Shown: positions 11,982 through 24,196 of the stretch, piece by piece
Numbering within the stretch: position 1 is the first letter of the stretch
Layout of the letters: each line of letters starts with the position of its first letter
Assembly (NCBI GenBank): GCA_951406725.2
Contig: OX597834.1
Coordinates: 15,004,001-15,068,000, forward strand
Reading direction: 5' to 3'
DNA length: 64,000 nt
Origin: Octopus vulgaris
Taxonomy: Eukaryota
Notes under the pieces: generated by a model
The model's database searches: none
What the model saw: the letters and a program-made list of their open reading frames with translations, nothing else
Told to the model about the DNA's origin: nothing
Made by a program: the position numbers and the translations under genes

Positions 11982-12303
11982 GAAATGGAGAAACTCTCAA
12001 AATACAAAGACCTGGAAATAGAGATAACTAGAATGTGGAACCTGAAAACAGAAACAATTCCTATCATAGTAGGTGCATTAGGCATGATAAAAAAATATTC
12101 AGACAAATACATAACAAAAACACCAGGACTTACAAACACATATAACATACAGAAAATTGCACTACTAGGCACTGCACACATCCTACGCAGAACACTTTCC
12201 ATACAATAACCATCAGAGCATCAGAACAAATCACAGCACATACCCAAGGCACACAGAGCTGCGCTCGGTAGTGAAGTGAAAGCACGCTATAAAAACAAAA
12301 CTG

Positions 12304-12306
<3 letters not shown>
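11979..12306 (+). mobile_element. Second, shorter 3' fragment of the same R4/Dong-like LINE
   Basis: KEMEKLSKYKDLEIEITRMW...RRTLSIQ* plus the same 3' UTR; few differences from copy 1; flanked by (AAT)n. Confidence 0.85.
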
Positions 12307-12377
<71 letters not shown>

Positions 12378-12391
12378 TGATGATGATGATG

Positions 12392-12692
12392 TCTGCTAAA
12401 GGCCCAAGGGGACTAGTCGATCACATCGAGCGACATGAGCATTTGTTGTGGACATAATGTTTCGGCGAAAGAATTTGGCAAGCTCAGAAAAATATAAAGA
12501 TTTATTCGTTTAAGCGGAAACAAAATGTGGCATCTGAACTGATTTATATTACCAATGATTGTAGGAGCACTTGGAATGCTAACAAAAGGAGCTGGAAATT
12601 ATTTGAGAATAATCCCTGATTTACCACCCATGAAAACGTTGCAAATTGATTTAACGGGTACATAACATGTATTGAGAGGAGCATTGTGGATG
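12392..12692 (+). pseudogene. Older, decayed R4/Dong-like endonuclease tail
   Basis: Fragments KLRKYKDL and MIVGALGML...GT*HVLRGAL align with copy 1; contains stops and frameshifts. Confidence 0.6.
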
Positions 12693-12951
12693 TGAAAACG
12701 ATCAAAGTCCATTTTTTCCATTTTCCTTTATCTCCCTTCTTGATTCTTCTTTCTTTCTTTCTTTCTTTTTTTCTTTCTTTCTTAATTTCTCTTTCACATA
12801 ACATGATATTGAAAATGAGCAATTATGTGGTGTGATTATTTTAATAGCTATCAATGAGTTCCTTCGCTGTAGGTGTCGGGACAAGACATGGAGTGGAAAC
12901 AAGAAATGGAAACAAAACTGAAGAAGGACTAATAATAATAACAACAACAAC

Positions 12952-12990
<39 letters not shown>

Positions 12991-13440
12991 TAATAAAGAC
13001 GAAGAGCGCGATTCGATTGTAATAGATACTTTATTGGTTGAACTATATTTCGACAGTGTGTTTGTCGAGTTCAAAATAAGAGGTGATCAAAATTGAAAGT
13101 TAAAGAAATTTAAATTCAAGGTATGAACGAGAGCAACCAGCGTCCACACGATGATAGAATGACATCATCAGCCTTTAAGTTTCAATTTTATAACAGGCGA
13201 AAAGAAAAAGAGAGAAAAATGACAGAAGAAAAGAGGAACGAGAAATGAAAAGGAAAAAGAAGAATATTTAATCAAACAGTTTTGTATAAATTTGATGATA
13301 TTCTCCTGTCATTCTTACTCATTCCTCTACGATATGATGTTAATAACCCGCAAATATATTTCTCTTCGTGAATTCCGAGAACGGAAAATGAAGCCAGATT
13401 CAGAATATTTTCTGAGAACATGCAGTTTCAAGTCTTTCTC

Positions 13441-13690
13441 AACAACATGAGTCAAGTGAAATCCATCAGGAATTATAACAGAAATGTTAGGATTTATACA
13501 GAATCTGTGACATGTAGAGATTCCCATTTGGTTTAAGCAGCAGAATGCACGAAACGCAACATGATTTATGTTGGTTGTACAACAGAACAATTAAACGAAA
13601 GGTTTAATGAGCACAGATATGACGTCAGGCACAATAGCAGTAATTCGAGAGAACTTGTCGAACATTTCGTTTCAAACAGCTGCAATTTGA
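13441..13690 (+). pseudogene. Penelope-like element GIY-YIG endonuclease remnant
   Basis: Frame 1 reads VTCRDSHLV*AAECTKRNMIYVGCTTEQLNERFNEHRYDVR...ELVEHF, matching the PLE pattern C..N(V/L)(I/V)Y...C..C...Y(V/I)G.T...L..R..EH; TAA at 13534-13536 replaces the Tyr. Confidence 0.75.
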
Positions 13691-13877
13691 ATTTAAATTT
13701 CTATAATTTTGAATTTTTATTGCCTCTTATTTTGAACTTGACACAAGACAGACTTACTGTCGAAATATCGTTGAACAAATAAAAGATCTATTACAATCGA
13801 ATCGCGCTTTCCTTCTTGACTGTTTACCTTTGTGAAGAGTTACGTCAATCACTTTTTAAATATAATAATAATAAGAA

Positions 13878-13908
<31 letters not shown>

Positions 13909-14042
13909 AAGAAGGAGGAGGAGGAGAAGAAGAAGAAGAAGAAGAAGAAGAAGAAAGTGAAAGCAAATATATATGTATATATATATATATACATATATAT
14001 GTGTGTGTCTGTGTGTGTTTGTGTGCGAGAGTGTGTGTGTAG

Positions 14043-14084
<42 letters not shown>

Positions 14085-14605
14085 ACGTGTATGCATTTAT
14101 TTTCTAACAAAATTTCTGTGCATTTTTCTTTATAATTTTCACTACATTTCGCAACGTGCAAAAATTTCCTCTTTGTGCGTGCGTGTGTCTTTGTGGGTGG
14201 GTGAGTGTTCGGCTGTTGCTAGGATTAGCAAAAACCGTACTCAGTCTAGTGAGAAATAAATATCATTTAAATGAATATAAGGAGTTATACATCGGCTGCT
14301 TCAGCTTTCACGCTCAGACAGTGCAATAATTGAATGGCTTTGCAGAACATTCCGTGCACAAGTCGGAAATTGCTGAAGCTTAAATGACGTGGCTTCTATG
14401 TGAGAAAATACGAGAAAACAAGAAGATAAGAAAATTTAAAGAGAAGCGTGTTAGGTTGAAGAACTGCACTCGAGTTCGGAGATGTTTTACAAGCCGTAAA
14501 TATCCTGACAATATTCTGTTATCGGAGACTCCTCGACACCGGATGAAGCATACAGTTTAACGCTCTTTAGCCTTGCTTCATTCGTTAAGCACATTTTTAT
14601 TTAAA

Positions 14606-14636
<31 letters not shown>

Positions 14637-14663
14637 CATGCATATATATATATATATATATAT

Positions 14664-14880
14664 ATTATATAAAAGGGCTTAGTAAAATAAATTACTTTGC
14701 CGCATACTGAACTCATTAGAAATAGCAGCTAAAAAACTTTTTTAAAGCTATTTCTAATACTTAAAGAAAATCTATTAGAAATAGTATTAGAAATAGCTTT
14801 AAAAAAGTTTTTTAGCTGCTATTTCTAATGAGTTCAGTATGCGGCAAAGTAATTTATTTTACTAAGCCCTTTTATATAAT
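14664..14880. repeat. Essentially perfect inverted repeat, about 98-bp arms, about 21-bp spacer
   Basis: 14664-14761 is the reverse complement of 14783-14880. Confidence 0.9.
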
Positions 14881-14973
14881 GTAATAATTTGAATTCGCCT
14901 TAAATGGTCCCTTTGCATACTGAACACTTGGTGAAATTGATTAATAATTAATTAATTTTACCCTCAATTGTTG

Positions 14974-15016
<43 letters not shown>

Positions 15017-15020
<4 letters not shown>

Positions 15021-15186
15021 AGAGTTTACGAAAAAAAAGACGAAGACAGGTGGTGTACAAAACAAACAGATGTATTAGTATAACGCTCAGGAATAGAAAA
15101 AGTATTTAATGCTTCGAGCCTACGCTCTTCTACAGAAAGGGACACAGAAAAAACAAGGAGAGAAAAATGTGTGCAGTGGGTAACGA

Positions 15187-15188
<2 letters not shown>
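15017..15188 (-). mobile_element. Family D copy (core CUGUAGA; GAAAC decayed to GAAGC)
   Basis: Aligns to 8677-8890. Confidence 0.75.
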
Positions 15189-15239
<51 letters not shown>

Positions 15240-15891
15240 TATATTGAGGGTACTACTATTCGTAGATACCAACACGCTAAGAGGGACCAATGCGGTCAAA
15301 ACTACTAAAAATAAACAAAATTTTACCGAATGCAAAGCTTCAAAACACATCATTTTAAAAAGAATTCAGTTACATATCACATGTGATTTCGCATTTAATG
15401 CAGAATATGCATTTCATGTTCATCAGTGCAACAAACTCAAGAAATATAAGAGAAAACATAACATTACAAGCTCGATAGCCAACCGTAGAATTCGTCGTAG
15501 CATGTACGAATGTTTATCTTTACATATCTATGAAAATGGCGGGCTTATTCGCAATGCATTTCGGTTACAAATTGTCTAGTCGGAATAAAAATTCAGTATT
15601 GAACTATTCCGGTGAAAAATATAAATTAACAATTGAGGATAAAATCTTTAAAAGAAATTATCAGTAGTCAGCGTGAAAAACCTCGTAAGAAAAAAATCCG
15701 TAAATTCTTCCTCTTTGAAAATATTCATTTATATTATATTGAGGGTACTACTATTCGTAGATACCAACACGCTAAGAGGGACCAATGCGGTCAAAACTAC
15801 TAAAAATAAACAAAATTTTACCGAATGCAAAGCTTCAAAACACATCATTTTAAAAAAGAATTCAGTTACATATCACATGTGATTTCGCATT
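15240..15891 (-). mobile_element. Partial-tandem element: about 155-bp direct repeats (15240-15394, 15736-15891)
   Basis: Near-identical repeats; the second stops inside the hammerhead motif and runs into (TA)n. Confidence 0.8.
15369..15432 (-). ncRNA. Type I hammerhead motif, 12-nt palindromic stem III, AUA cleavage triplet
   Basis: GTTGCA-CTGATGA-ACAT..ATGC-GAAAT-CACATGTG-ATA-TGTAAC; 6-bp stem I; A.C mismatch at the base of stem II. Confidence 0.7.
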
Positions 15892-16300
15892 ATATATATA
15901 TATATATATATGTACATATAAAATATATATAAAGACAATGCCGTAGAAATAGAGAATAATGCATCTAAGATATAGATTTTTATAAGCACAAAACAACAGA
16001 ATATATTTTAACTGGGAAAGACAGACTGAAAGTGTAAATCTAAAATATACTAAACAAACAATTGGAGCGAGAAACCATTCTGTGGCCAATTACAATGAAC
16101 CAATTCCACAAGCAGAGTTGAGAGAAAAGAAAAGCCAGTAACGGAAGGCTCAATCACACTGCGCATGATCGAGGTGTCGATGTGTATTCACAAATATTTA
16201 TGTAGAGAATAAACTGCACTTCGTTGGTTACGATGACAATCGTTCCAGTTAATCTAATGAATGGAACAACAGAGTCGTGAAATTAACGTTAAGAATAATG

Positions 16301-16463
16301 TGGAAGCGCAATGGCCCAGTGGTTAGGGCAGCGGACTCGCGGTCGTACGATCGCGGTTTCGATTCCCAGACCGGGCGTTGTGTGTGTTTATTGAGCGAAA
16401 ACATCTAAAAGCTCCACGACGCTCCGGCATGGGGTGGTGATCTCTGCTGTACTCTTTCACCAG
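16301..16463 (+). mobile_element. tRNA-derived SINE head, another family
   Basis: TGGCCCAGTGGTTAG (A-box) and GGTTTCGATTCCC (B-box) followed by GGGCGTTGTGTGTG. Confidence 0.7.
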
Positions 16464-17094
16464 CGAATAGTTTTAGCAGAATGATCATTTTTCCTTTGTA
16501 ACTTATACACCAAGTTTGCATCGCACGTAACGTACATATACATGTGTGTGTGTGTATGTGTGTGTTTGTGGTATGGTGTGTGTGTGTGTGTCTGTCTGTG
16601 TGTCTGTGTGTCGTGACACAAAGTCGTGACAGAAACGTGATCAAGTATAGAAAGTCTTACATAGATGTTTGGTTGCCGAAACGATTTTTGTCTATTAATC
16701 CCAAAACATGAATAACATTTTAATATTTAGCATTATATGAATATACATAAAATATATACAAAAATGAAAGAGCAAAAGTTTTATTTTATTCTATATTATT
16801 TCATTTAATTTTAAATTAATTATTTTTTTTTATTATTCCAGTAAGTTAGTTAAATATATCTTAAATCGAATTCTGATATCGGAAAGAGACTAAGACATAA
16901 ATAACGAATTAAATATAGCTAATTACATTGATCATATTTCATCTCGATAGATTTCAACAAAGAAAGTTACACACACAAAAAAAAAAAAGAAATTATTCAC
17001 ATATGGCTTCGCGTAAGTAAAACTATGTGTATGAATGGACCAATCTTTGTTTATATGTACGAATAGACATATATATATATATATACATACATAA

Positions 17095-17136
<42 letters not shown>

Positions 17137-17229
17137 GTATGTGTATATATATATATATATGTGTGTATATATATATATATATATGCATATGTATGTATGT
17201 ATATATATATATATGTGTATATAAATATG

Positions 17230-17274
<45 letters not shown>

Positions 17275-17609
17275 CACACACACACACATATATGTATATA
17301 TATATATGTACAGATACATAGAAGATATATATCTGTGAACTAATTCTCGGAACTGTTTGTATATGTGTTTCTGTGTTCGTAAATGTTTCAGTATATAATA
17401 CTTACACGCAGATGTATCTATATCCGTCAACCTACACTTCGATCTTACTCTATATGTGCATATAAAAAGCGAGACAGGCAGACAGATAGACAGACAGACA
17501 GACAGACAGATAGAAAGATAGGTAGATAGATAGATAGATAAATAGATAAATAGATACATAGATAGATAAATAGATATACATATAAACATGCGTATGAAGA
17601 TATATATAC

Positions 17610-17677
<68 letters not shown>

Positions 17678-17865
17678 GCATGATCTTTGAAGAATGTTAT
17701 TTTACTTTTGTTTCAGAGATAATAATCAGCTTTAAGAATAATTCATCTTAAAATATAAAAATACATGACAACGGATATATATGTATTTATGTATGTATTT
17801 ATATATACATATATATATATATGTGTGTGTCAGTTTCTGCGAGTGTGTTTATATAAATGTATCTT

Positions 17866-17920
<55 letters not shown>

Positions 17921-17964
17921 GTGGTTGTGCGTGTACGTATGTTGTGATATATATATATATATAG

Positions 17965-18006
<42 letters not shown>

Positions 18007-18339
18007 TTATCTGTGAGATTTTGGCATCTGAAGATGAAAAACGGAAACATTTTCAAAGACGGAATGAGAAGAGTACATAGATATATTTTTAACGGAAAGT
18101 CTTTATATAGAAATAATTTGGTTTCAAAGAATTTATCTGCAGATCGCATCTATGTAACTTCTTTTAAGTACAAGTCTAAAACTGCAAGTCTGGAAGTCTA
18201 TAGACACACACGCACACACACACACACACACACACAGACAGACACACACACAAATACACATATGTGTGTGTGTGTGATGCTGTTCTCACACACACACACA
18301 TATATATGTATAGATATACTTGTTTATTAGTTTATTAGT

Positions 18340-18470
18340 TAATTGACTGCGGCCATGCTGGAAGCCGCCTTTAGTCGAACAAACAGACCCTAGATCTTAT
18401 TCTATGGGTCTCTTTTGTCTACGGGGGCCTACACAAGCTAAAATCAGTTGTGAGGGGACAAACACAGAAA
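18340..18470 (-). mobile_element. SINE family B tail fragment
   Basis: GACTGCGGCCATGCTGG...CTTTAGTCGAACAAA, as at 1797. Confidence 0.7.
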
Positions 18471-18728
18471 TAGATACATATACATACATGTATATCAACG
18501 AAGACTTTTATATAGCATTTCAGGTCTCATTATTTTCCTCAAACTATTTCCGCTGCTGTATAACCCAACGTCGCTTTGATATGACGGTGGACAGATAGGT
18601 ACAAACAAGGGCCGTTAACTTACGAGGACCAAACATTTTATCTGTTTAGTAACGTATCAGCGTATTTTTCTAATTTTAAATGGTATATGTGTCTGTGTAT
18701 ATGTATATATATATGAACACACACACAC

Positions 18729-18765
<37 letters not shown>

Positions 18766-18772
18766 TTTAAGT

Positions 18773-18895
18773 AGGTGAATGAATTATCCTATGTTTATCG
18801 TCAGCATGGAAAATTCGTTTAACCGAAACCTGGGTAGCAAATTCACGTCAGAAAACACGGTTGAAGCAACCTGTCAAGGGTAGAAACTCCGGGTT
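18773..18895 (+). mobile_element. Family E, about 115-bp element (copies at 22921-23036 minus and 45020-45133 plus)
   Basis: GAATGAATTATCC...GGGTAGCAAATT(C/T)ACGTCAGAAA(A/G)CACGGTTGAAG recurs three times next to (TA)n. Confidence 0.75.
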
Positions 18896-18918
18896 CATGT
18901 GTAGAAATTTGTGTGATG

Positions 18919-19254
18919 TATATGAATAAATGAAAGAATGGAGTCGAACGAAGATGTTAACAAAATTCCTTTACTCTCGACACATGTTTAGAAGACAGCA
19001 TATTTTCATTCCGAAGGAATAAAGGGTGCATTATGCAATCTTCTCATCAGGAAAGAAAATGAGCCTCTCTCGACATCAAGACAAACAAAAATTTCGATGA
19101 TTGCCTAGGCTCCTTTTCTTTGCTGATGAGAAGATTGCACAATGCACCCGTTATTCCTTCGGAATGAAAATATGCTGTCTTCGAAACACGTGTCGAGAGT
19201 AAAGGAATTTTGTTAACACCTTCGTTCGACTCAATTCTTTCATTTATTCATATA
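18919..19254. mobile_element. Fold-back element, about 148-bp arms, each carrying an outward-facing hammerhead motif
   Basis: 18919-19066 is the reverse complement of 19106-19254. Confidence 0.9.
19118..19199 (+). ncRNA. Type I hammerhead motif in the right arm (mirror copy at 18974-19055, minus strand)
   Basis: CTTT(G/C)-CTGATGA-GAAGA..TCTTC-GAAAC-ACGT-GTC-GAGAG. The left-arm copy has an intact stem I but TAAAC and an ACAT in place of ACGT; the right-arm copy has an intact core but a G.G first pair. Confidence 0.7.
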
Positions 19255-19289
19255 TATATAAATATATATATATTTATATATATATATAT

Positions 19290-19337
<48 letters not shown>

Positions 19338-19636
19338 ATTGAATATTAATTTAATTAAAATCAATTTAAAACCAGTACCCTAGCATATAAAAATCTTAAA
19401 AATCAGAGAAAATTTCAAATTTAAATGTTAAAATAATTATGTTCTCTAATAGGCAGTATTCTCTGACTGCAGTAAATTATTTGTTGCAGAATTGTTTCCG
19501 GGATTTAGCGCGCCAGAACTCATTTGAAATTAACCCCAATTTAATCGGTGGAACTAAGCACGTGTCTGGTTTTATACAGAAAAATAGTGGTTAGTAAAAT
19601 AGTCGTTAGTTTTACAAATTATATTGTTTTTGGAAC

Positions 19637-19712
19637 GATCGTACTGATGAATCTACGGACGAAAGATTACGTAAGTAATTTATTCGGTAATAGACGAAAC
19701 CGGTATACGATT
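19637..19712 (+). ncRNA. Minimal type I hammerhead motif, best preserved in the window
   Basis: GATCGTA-CTGATGA-ATCTA..TAGAC-GAAAC-CG-GTA-TACGATT; 7-bp stem I, palindromic ACCGGT, predicted cleavage after 19705. Confidence 0.75.
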
Positions 19713-19873
19713 AATTCTTGATTTTATGTCATTTTCACCTGTCTTGCCCGCCTATGTTCTGGTGTTCGCTGAATTTTCTCTGGAGAACATTCTTTCTTTG
19801 TAGCTATATCGTATGTGATCTACATAGTGGTTTTTAGCCCTAAATATACACATGGATATATATATATATATAA

Positions 19874-19941
<68 letters not shown>

Positions 19942-20121
19942 ATGTGTGTGTTTATGTATGTATGTTTATATGTATACATATGCTTATGTTTACGATTTTA
20001 CGAATTAAGTTTTATTGATATCTATTTAACTCTCATTTAGCTCTTTCTTTTATTCTCACTCGGTTTTCAATCAAATCTCTCTACCTATACATATGTGTCT
20101 GTGTGTGCGTGTATGCTTGTG

Positions 20122-20177
<56 letters not shown>

Positions 20178-20400
20178 ATACATTTATATATACTTATACA
20201 TATATACGCATATCAAGTTGTATGTATACATTAATGCATGTGTGTAAGCACATGTGTGTTTGTGTGTATATGTATATATAGATATAGATATAGACATAGG
20301 TATATGTTCAATATGTATATGCATAACAAATATGATAATATATCAGATGTATAAATATATATAGATAGATACATGCAATAGTAGGAATGCATAAAAACCA

Positions 20401-20436
<36 letters not shown>

Positions 20437-20634
20437 GCGTGTGTGTGTGTGTTTTGGTGTGCACGTGTGTGCGTATGGAACATATGAATTTATATATGTA
20501 TATACATATATTAGGCACATTGATACATAGATTTGTTAAATAAAAACATATATGCACATATATATATGCATACATCTATCTATCTATAAAAATATATGTC
20601 GTTTGTGTATATACGTATACATATATATATAATA

Positions 20635-20674
<40 letters not shown>

Positions 20675-21011
20675 GATATGTAGATAGATAAATATATATA
20701 TATATATATGTACCTATATATTCGCACACACACATATATATATATATTTATATATATACATATTGCGTATATGCATATGCATAGATGAACGCTGCATTCA
20801 TCATTATGTAACATCGCAACATCTATCTCATTAGTGACATCAAAAATCTCCAGATTTCCTACAATTCGAATACACAAAAATACTAAATGTAAACGTCTGG
20901 AATACTCATGAAATATATTAAATAACATAATCTCATATGCCGGATAAATCCGTAATCTCTTACGTTAAACTGATTACAGTAGTTGTGTGCTTGCCTGAGA
21001 CATCCTATATA

Positions 21012-21051
<40 letters not shown>

Positions 21052-21054
<3 letters not shown>

Positions 21055-21274
21055 ATCAAAATAAAATAAAAACATGATGCGAAGGATTCAGCGGTACATA
21101 TGTTTCGGGCCTTTATTAGACAGATAATTTATTGGGCCCGAAACATATGTACCGCTGAATCCTTCGCATCATGTTTTTATTTTATTTTGATCAATTTACT
21201 CCACCACCTACACCACCAAACGGTATACACAGGTGCTTATAATTATCAAGTACTCACCCCGAATTTCTATACTC

Positions 21275-21280
<6 letters not shown>
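21052..21280 (+). mobile_element. Element with an inverted 60-bp 5' duplication (21052-21111 / 21135-21194) and a GAAAC-ATAT-GTA half-site; second copy at 22481-22608
   Basis: Perfect inverted arms; the downstream TTTACTCCACCACCTACACCACCAAACGG is shared by both copies. Confidence 0.8.
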
Positions 21281-21314
<34 letters not shown>

Positions 21315-21647
21315 AATAATGAAAATGCATTGTTGCTAATGTAGTTTCTATAATGCTGTAATGTACAGGTGATTTGTTTTATTGGAAAGTGAGTAGTGCG
21401 TAATTTGAAATGATTTCACTGATTTGTAAGAATCGTCTTAAGAGATCATGCAAAAAGTTCGTTCGCATTCTTACTTCCTTTCTTGCTTCTTGGGTGGGGG
21501 GATTTAGATCTGGTCCAGAATATTTAGGAAGTGAAACACATGTAAAATGTCTGATTACTTCGATTTAGGTGATACATTTGTCAGACTTAGACCTTTTCGA
21601 ATAACCCTCATATATAAATATGTATATGTAAATATATATACATATAT

Positions 21648-21718
<71 letters not shown>

Positions 21719-21851
21719 GTATGTATATATTATGTATGTATGTATGTATTATAATTATTAGGGAATATTACTTCCGAGTACATCAGGAAAAAGATATTCA
21801 GATTATATGTACTAAAATGAACATTTCTCAATGTTTAATTCGTATATATAA

Positions 21852-22330
21852 AAGCACTTTAAAGACAGAACCAACTTCAACTCAATCAACACTGAAGGAT
21901 TTTATGCCAGACCACTCCATAAAATGTTAAATATTAAATCTTATACTAACTATATCTCTTCTGAATCCCGTACTTTCCCTTTATAAGACTACACGTGTTT
22001 CATGAAAGTACGTCGGTATTGATTAGATACGAGATATTTAGTATCAATACTTAATCGGGTCGACAAACTCCCAATCTTCAGGTGTGGAGTATGTTGACCC
22101 GATTAAGTAGGTCGACATACTCGATTAAGTATTGAAACTATATACCTCGTATCTAATCAATACCGACGTACTTGCATGAAGCACGGGTAGTCTTATAAAG
22201 AGAAAATACGGGATTCAGAATAGATATAGTTAGTATTAGATTTAATATTTAACATTTTATGGAGTGGTCGGGTATATAATCTTTCAGTGTTGATTGAGTT
22301 GAAGCTGGTTCTGTCTCTGAAACAACTTAT
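21852..22330. mobile_element. Fold-back element, about 210-bp arms; hammerhead-like fold on the minus strand at 21985-22087
   Basis: Arms align as reverse complements; CTGAAGA-T-TGGGAGT..ACTTTCA-T-GAAAC-ACGT-GTA, with stem I only 2 bp. Confidence 0.75.
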
Positions 22331-22599
22331 ATATATATAATCAGATTAATCAGCCGAAATTGCGAAGATGATCCGGTTCTTGACTGAAGATTGAAGGCTT
22401 CGAATGTATCGTCTTCTAAATGTTTCACGTTCTTGTCCCAGTTTGTATTTTTTTACATTTACATATATATATATATGTACCGAAACATATGTACCGCTGA
22501 ATCCTTGGCATCATGTTTTTATTTTGATTAATTTACTCCACCACCTACACCACCAAACGGTATATACAGGTGCTTACAATTATCAAGTACTCACCCTGA

Positions 22600-22644
<45 letters not shown>

Positions 22645-23034
22645 GAGAGAGAGAGAGAGAAGATGAAAAAACAGTAGATGTATTTTAGAGGATTTAAGAG
22701 AATATATTAGTATATATTGTATATGTATAAAGATATACTATATATATTTTTTCAAATTTGATAAGCAATGCGAAACCGGTCATTACTTCAATGATGTTGC
22801 AAGAAAACCTAATTTTGTACAAAATTGTACATCTTTATTACCATGGCTCTAATATACTCTTAATTCCTGTAATACAAAACTAAAATATTTTCTACCATGT
22901 ATGTATATATATATATATACAGGAACACGGGGTTTTGCCCTTGGCATGTTACTTCAACCGTGTTTTCTGACGTGAATTTGCTACCCAGGTATCAATTAAC
23001 CGAATTATCCATACTAGGATAATTCATTCACCTA

Positions 23035-23128
<94 letters not shown>

Positions 23129-23587
23129 TATAGATAGATAGATAGATAGATAGATGGATTTATCACAAGGTGCCTATCTGCTAGAAAGAGGAGTTTAAAT
23201 CCCCAGTTAAACAACCAATAACACTGAAAAATTCAATAGAGAAACAACAGCATGAGGGCGAACGTGTTAAATATTTTTGACATACGAAAGACAGCTCAAT
23301 ACTAAATATTTTGGTATTTGGAAAATTTTCAAGTCGCCACGTTGACGTCTGCCGGCGTTCTGATTTGTCTTGCACCGAACTCAGTTCAGCATCAGTGTAA
23401 ATATAATAATAAAGAGTAAATATTGAGAAGCGAATATTTATATAGATATTATTATTATCGTTATCTGTAGAAATTGTGAATAGTTGATAATAACAACAAC
23501 AACAATAATATATGTGGTTGGAGGACACTTAAACAGCATTAGATATACTTGTCATAAGGTCACACAAGACGGCTAACTGCTATATAT

Positions 23588-23662
<75 letters not shown>

Positions 23663-23764
23663 TGTATACATATATATGTATATATGTATATATGCATATA
23701 TATATATACATGTATGCATATATATGTATATATTTATATATGTATATATGCATATATATCTATG

Positions 23765-23798
<34 letters not shown>

Positions 23799-23824
23799 TA
23801 GATAAATATACATATACATACATA

Positions 23825-23900
<76 letters not shown>

Positions 23901-23919
23901 TGTATGTATGTGCGTATAT

Positions 23920-24133
23920 GTTTGTGTCTGTCTTTGCCAGCCCACACACGCAGCACAGCTCGACAACCGATACTGGTGTGTTTACGTCACCGTTACTTAG
24001 CAGTTTGTCAAAAGAGACCGATAGCATAAGTACTAGGCTTACAAACAATAAGTCCTGGGATCCATTTGGTCGAAAGAAGGTAGTGCTCCAACATGGCCAC
24101 AGTTAAATGACTGAGACAAATAAAAGAATAAAA
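23920..24133 (+). mobile_element. SINE family B 3' half
   Basis: GACAACCGATACTGGTGTGTTTACGTC...CATGGCCACAGTTAAATGACTGAGAC, the reverse complement of 1781-1940. Confidence 0.8.
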
Positions 24134-24186
<53 letters not shown>

Positions 24187-24196
24187 TGCATGTATA

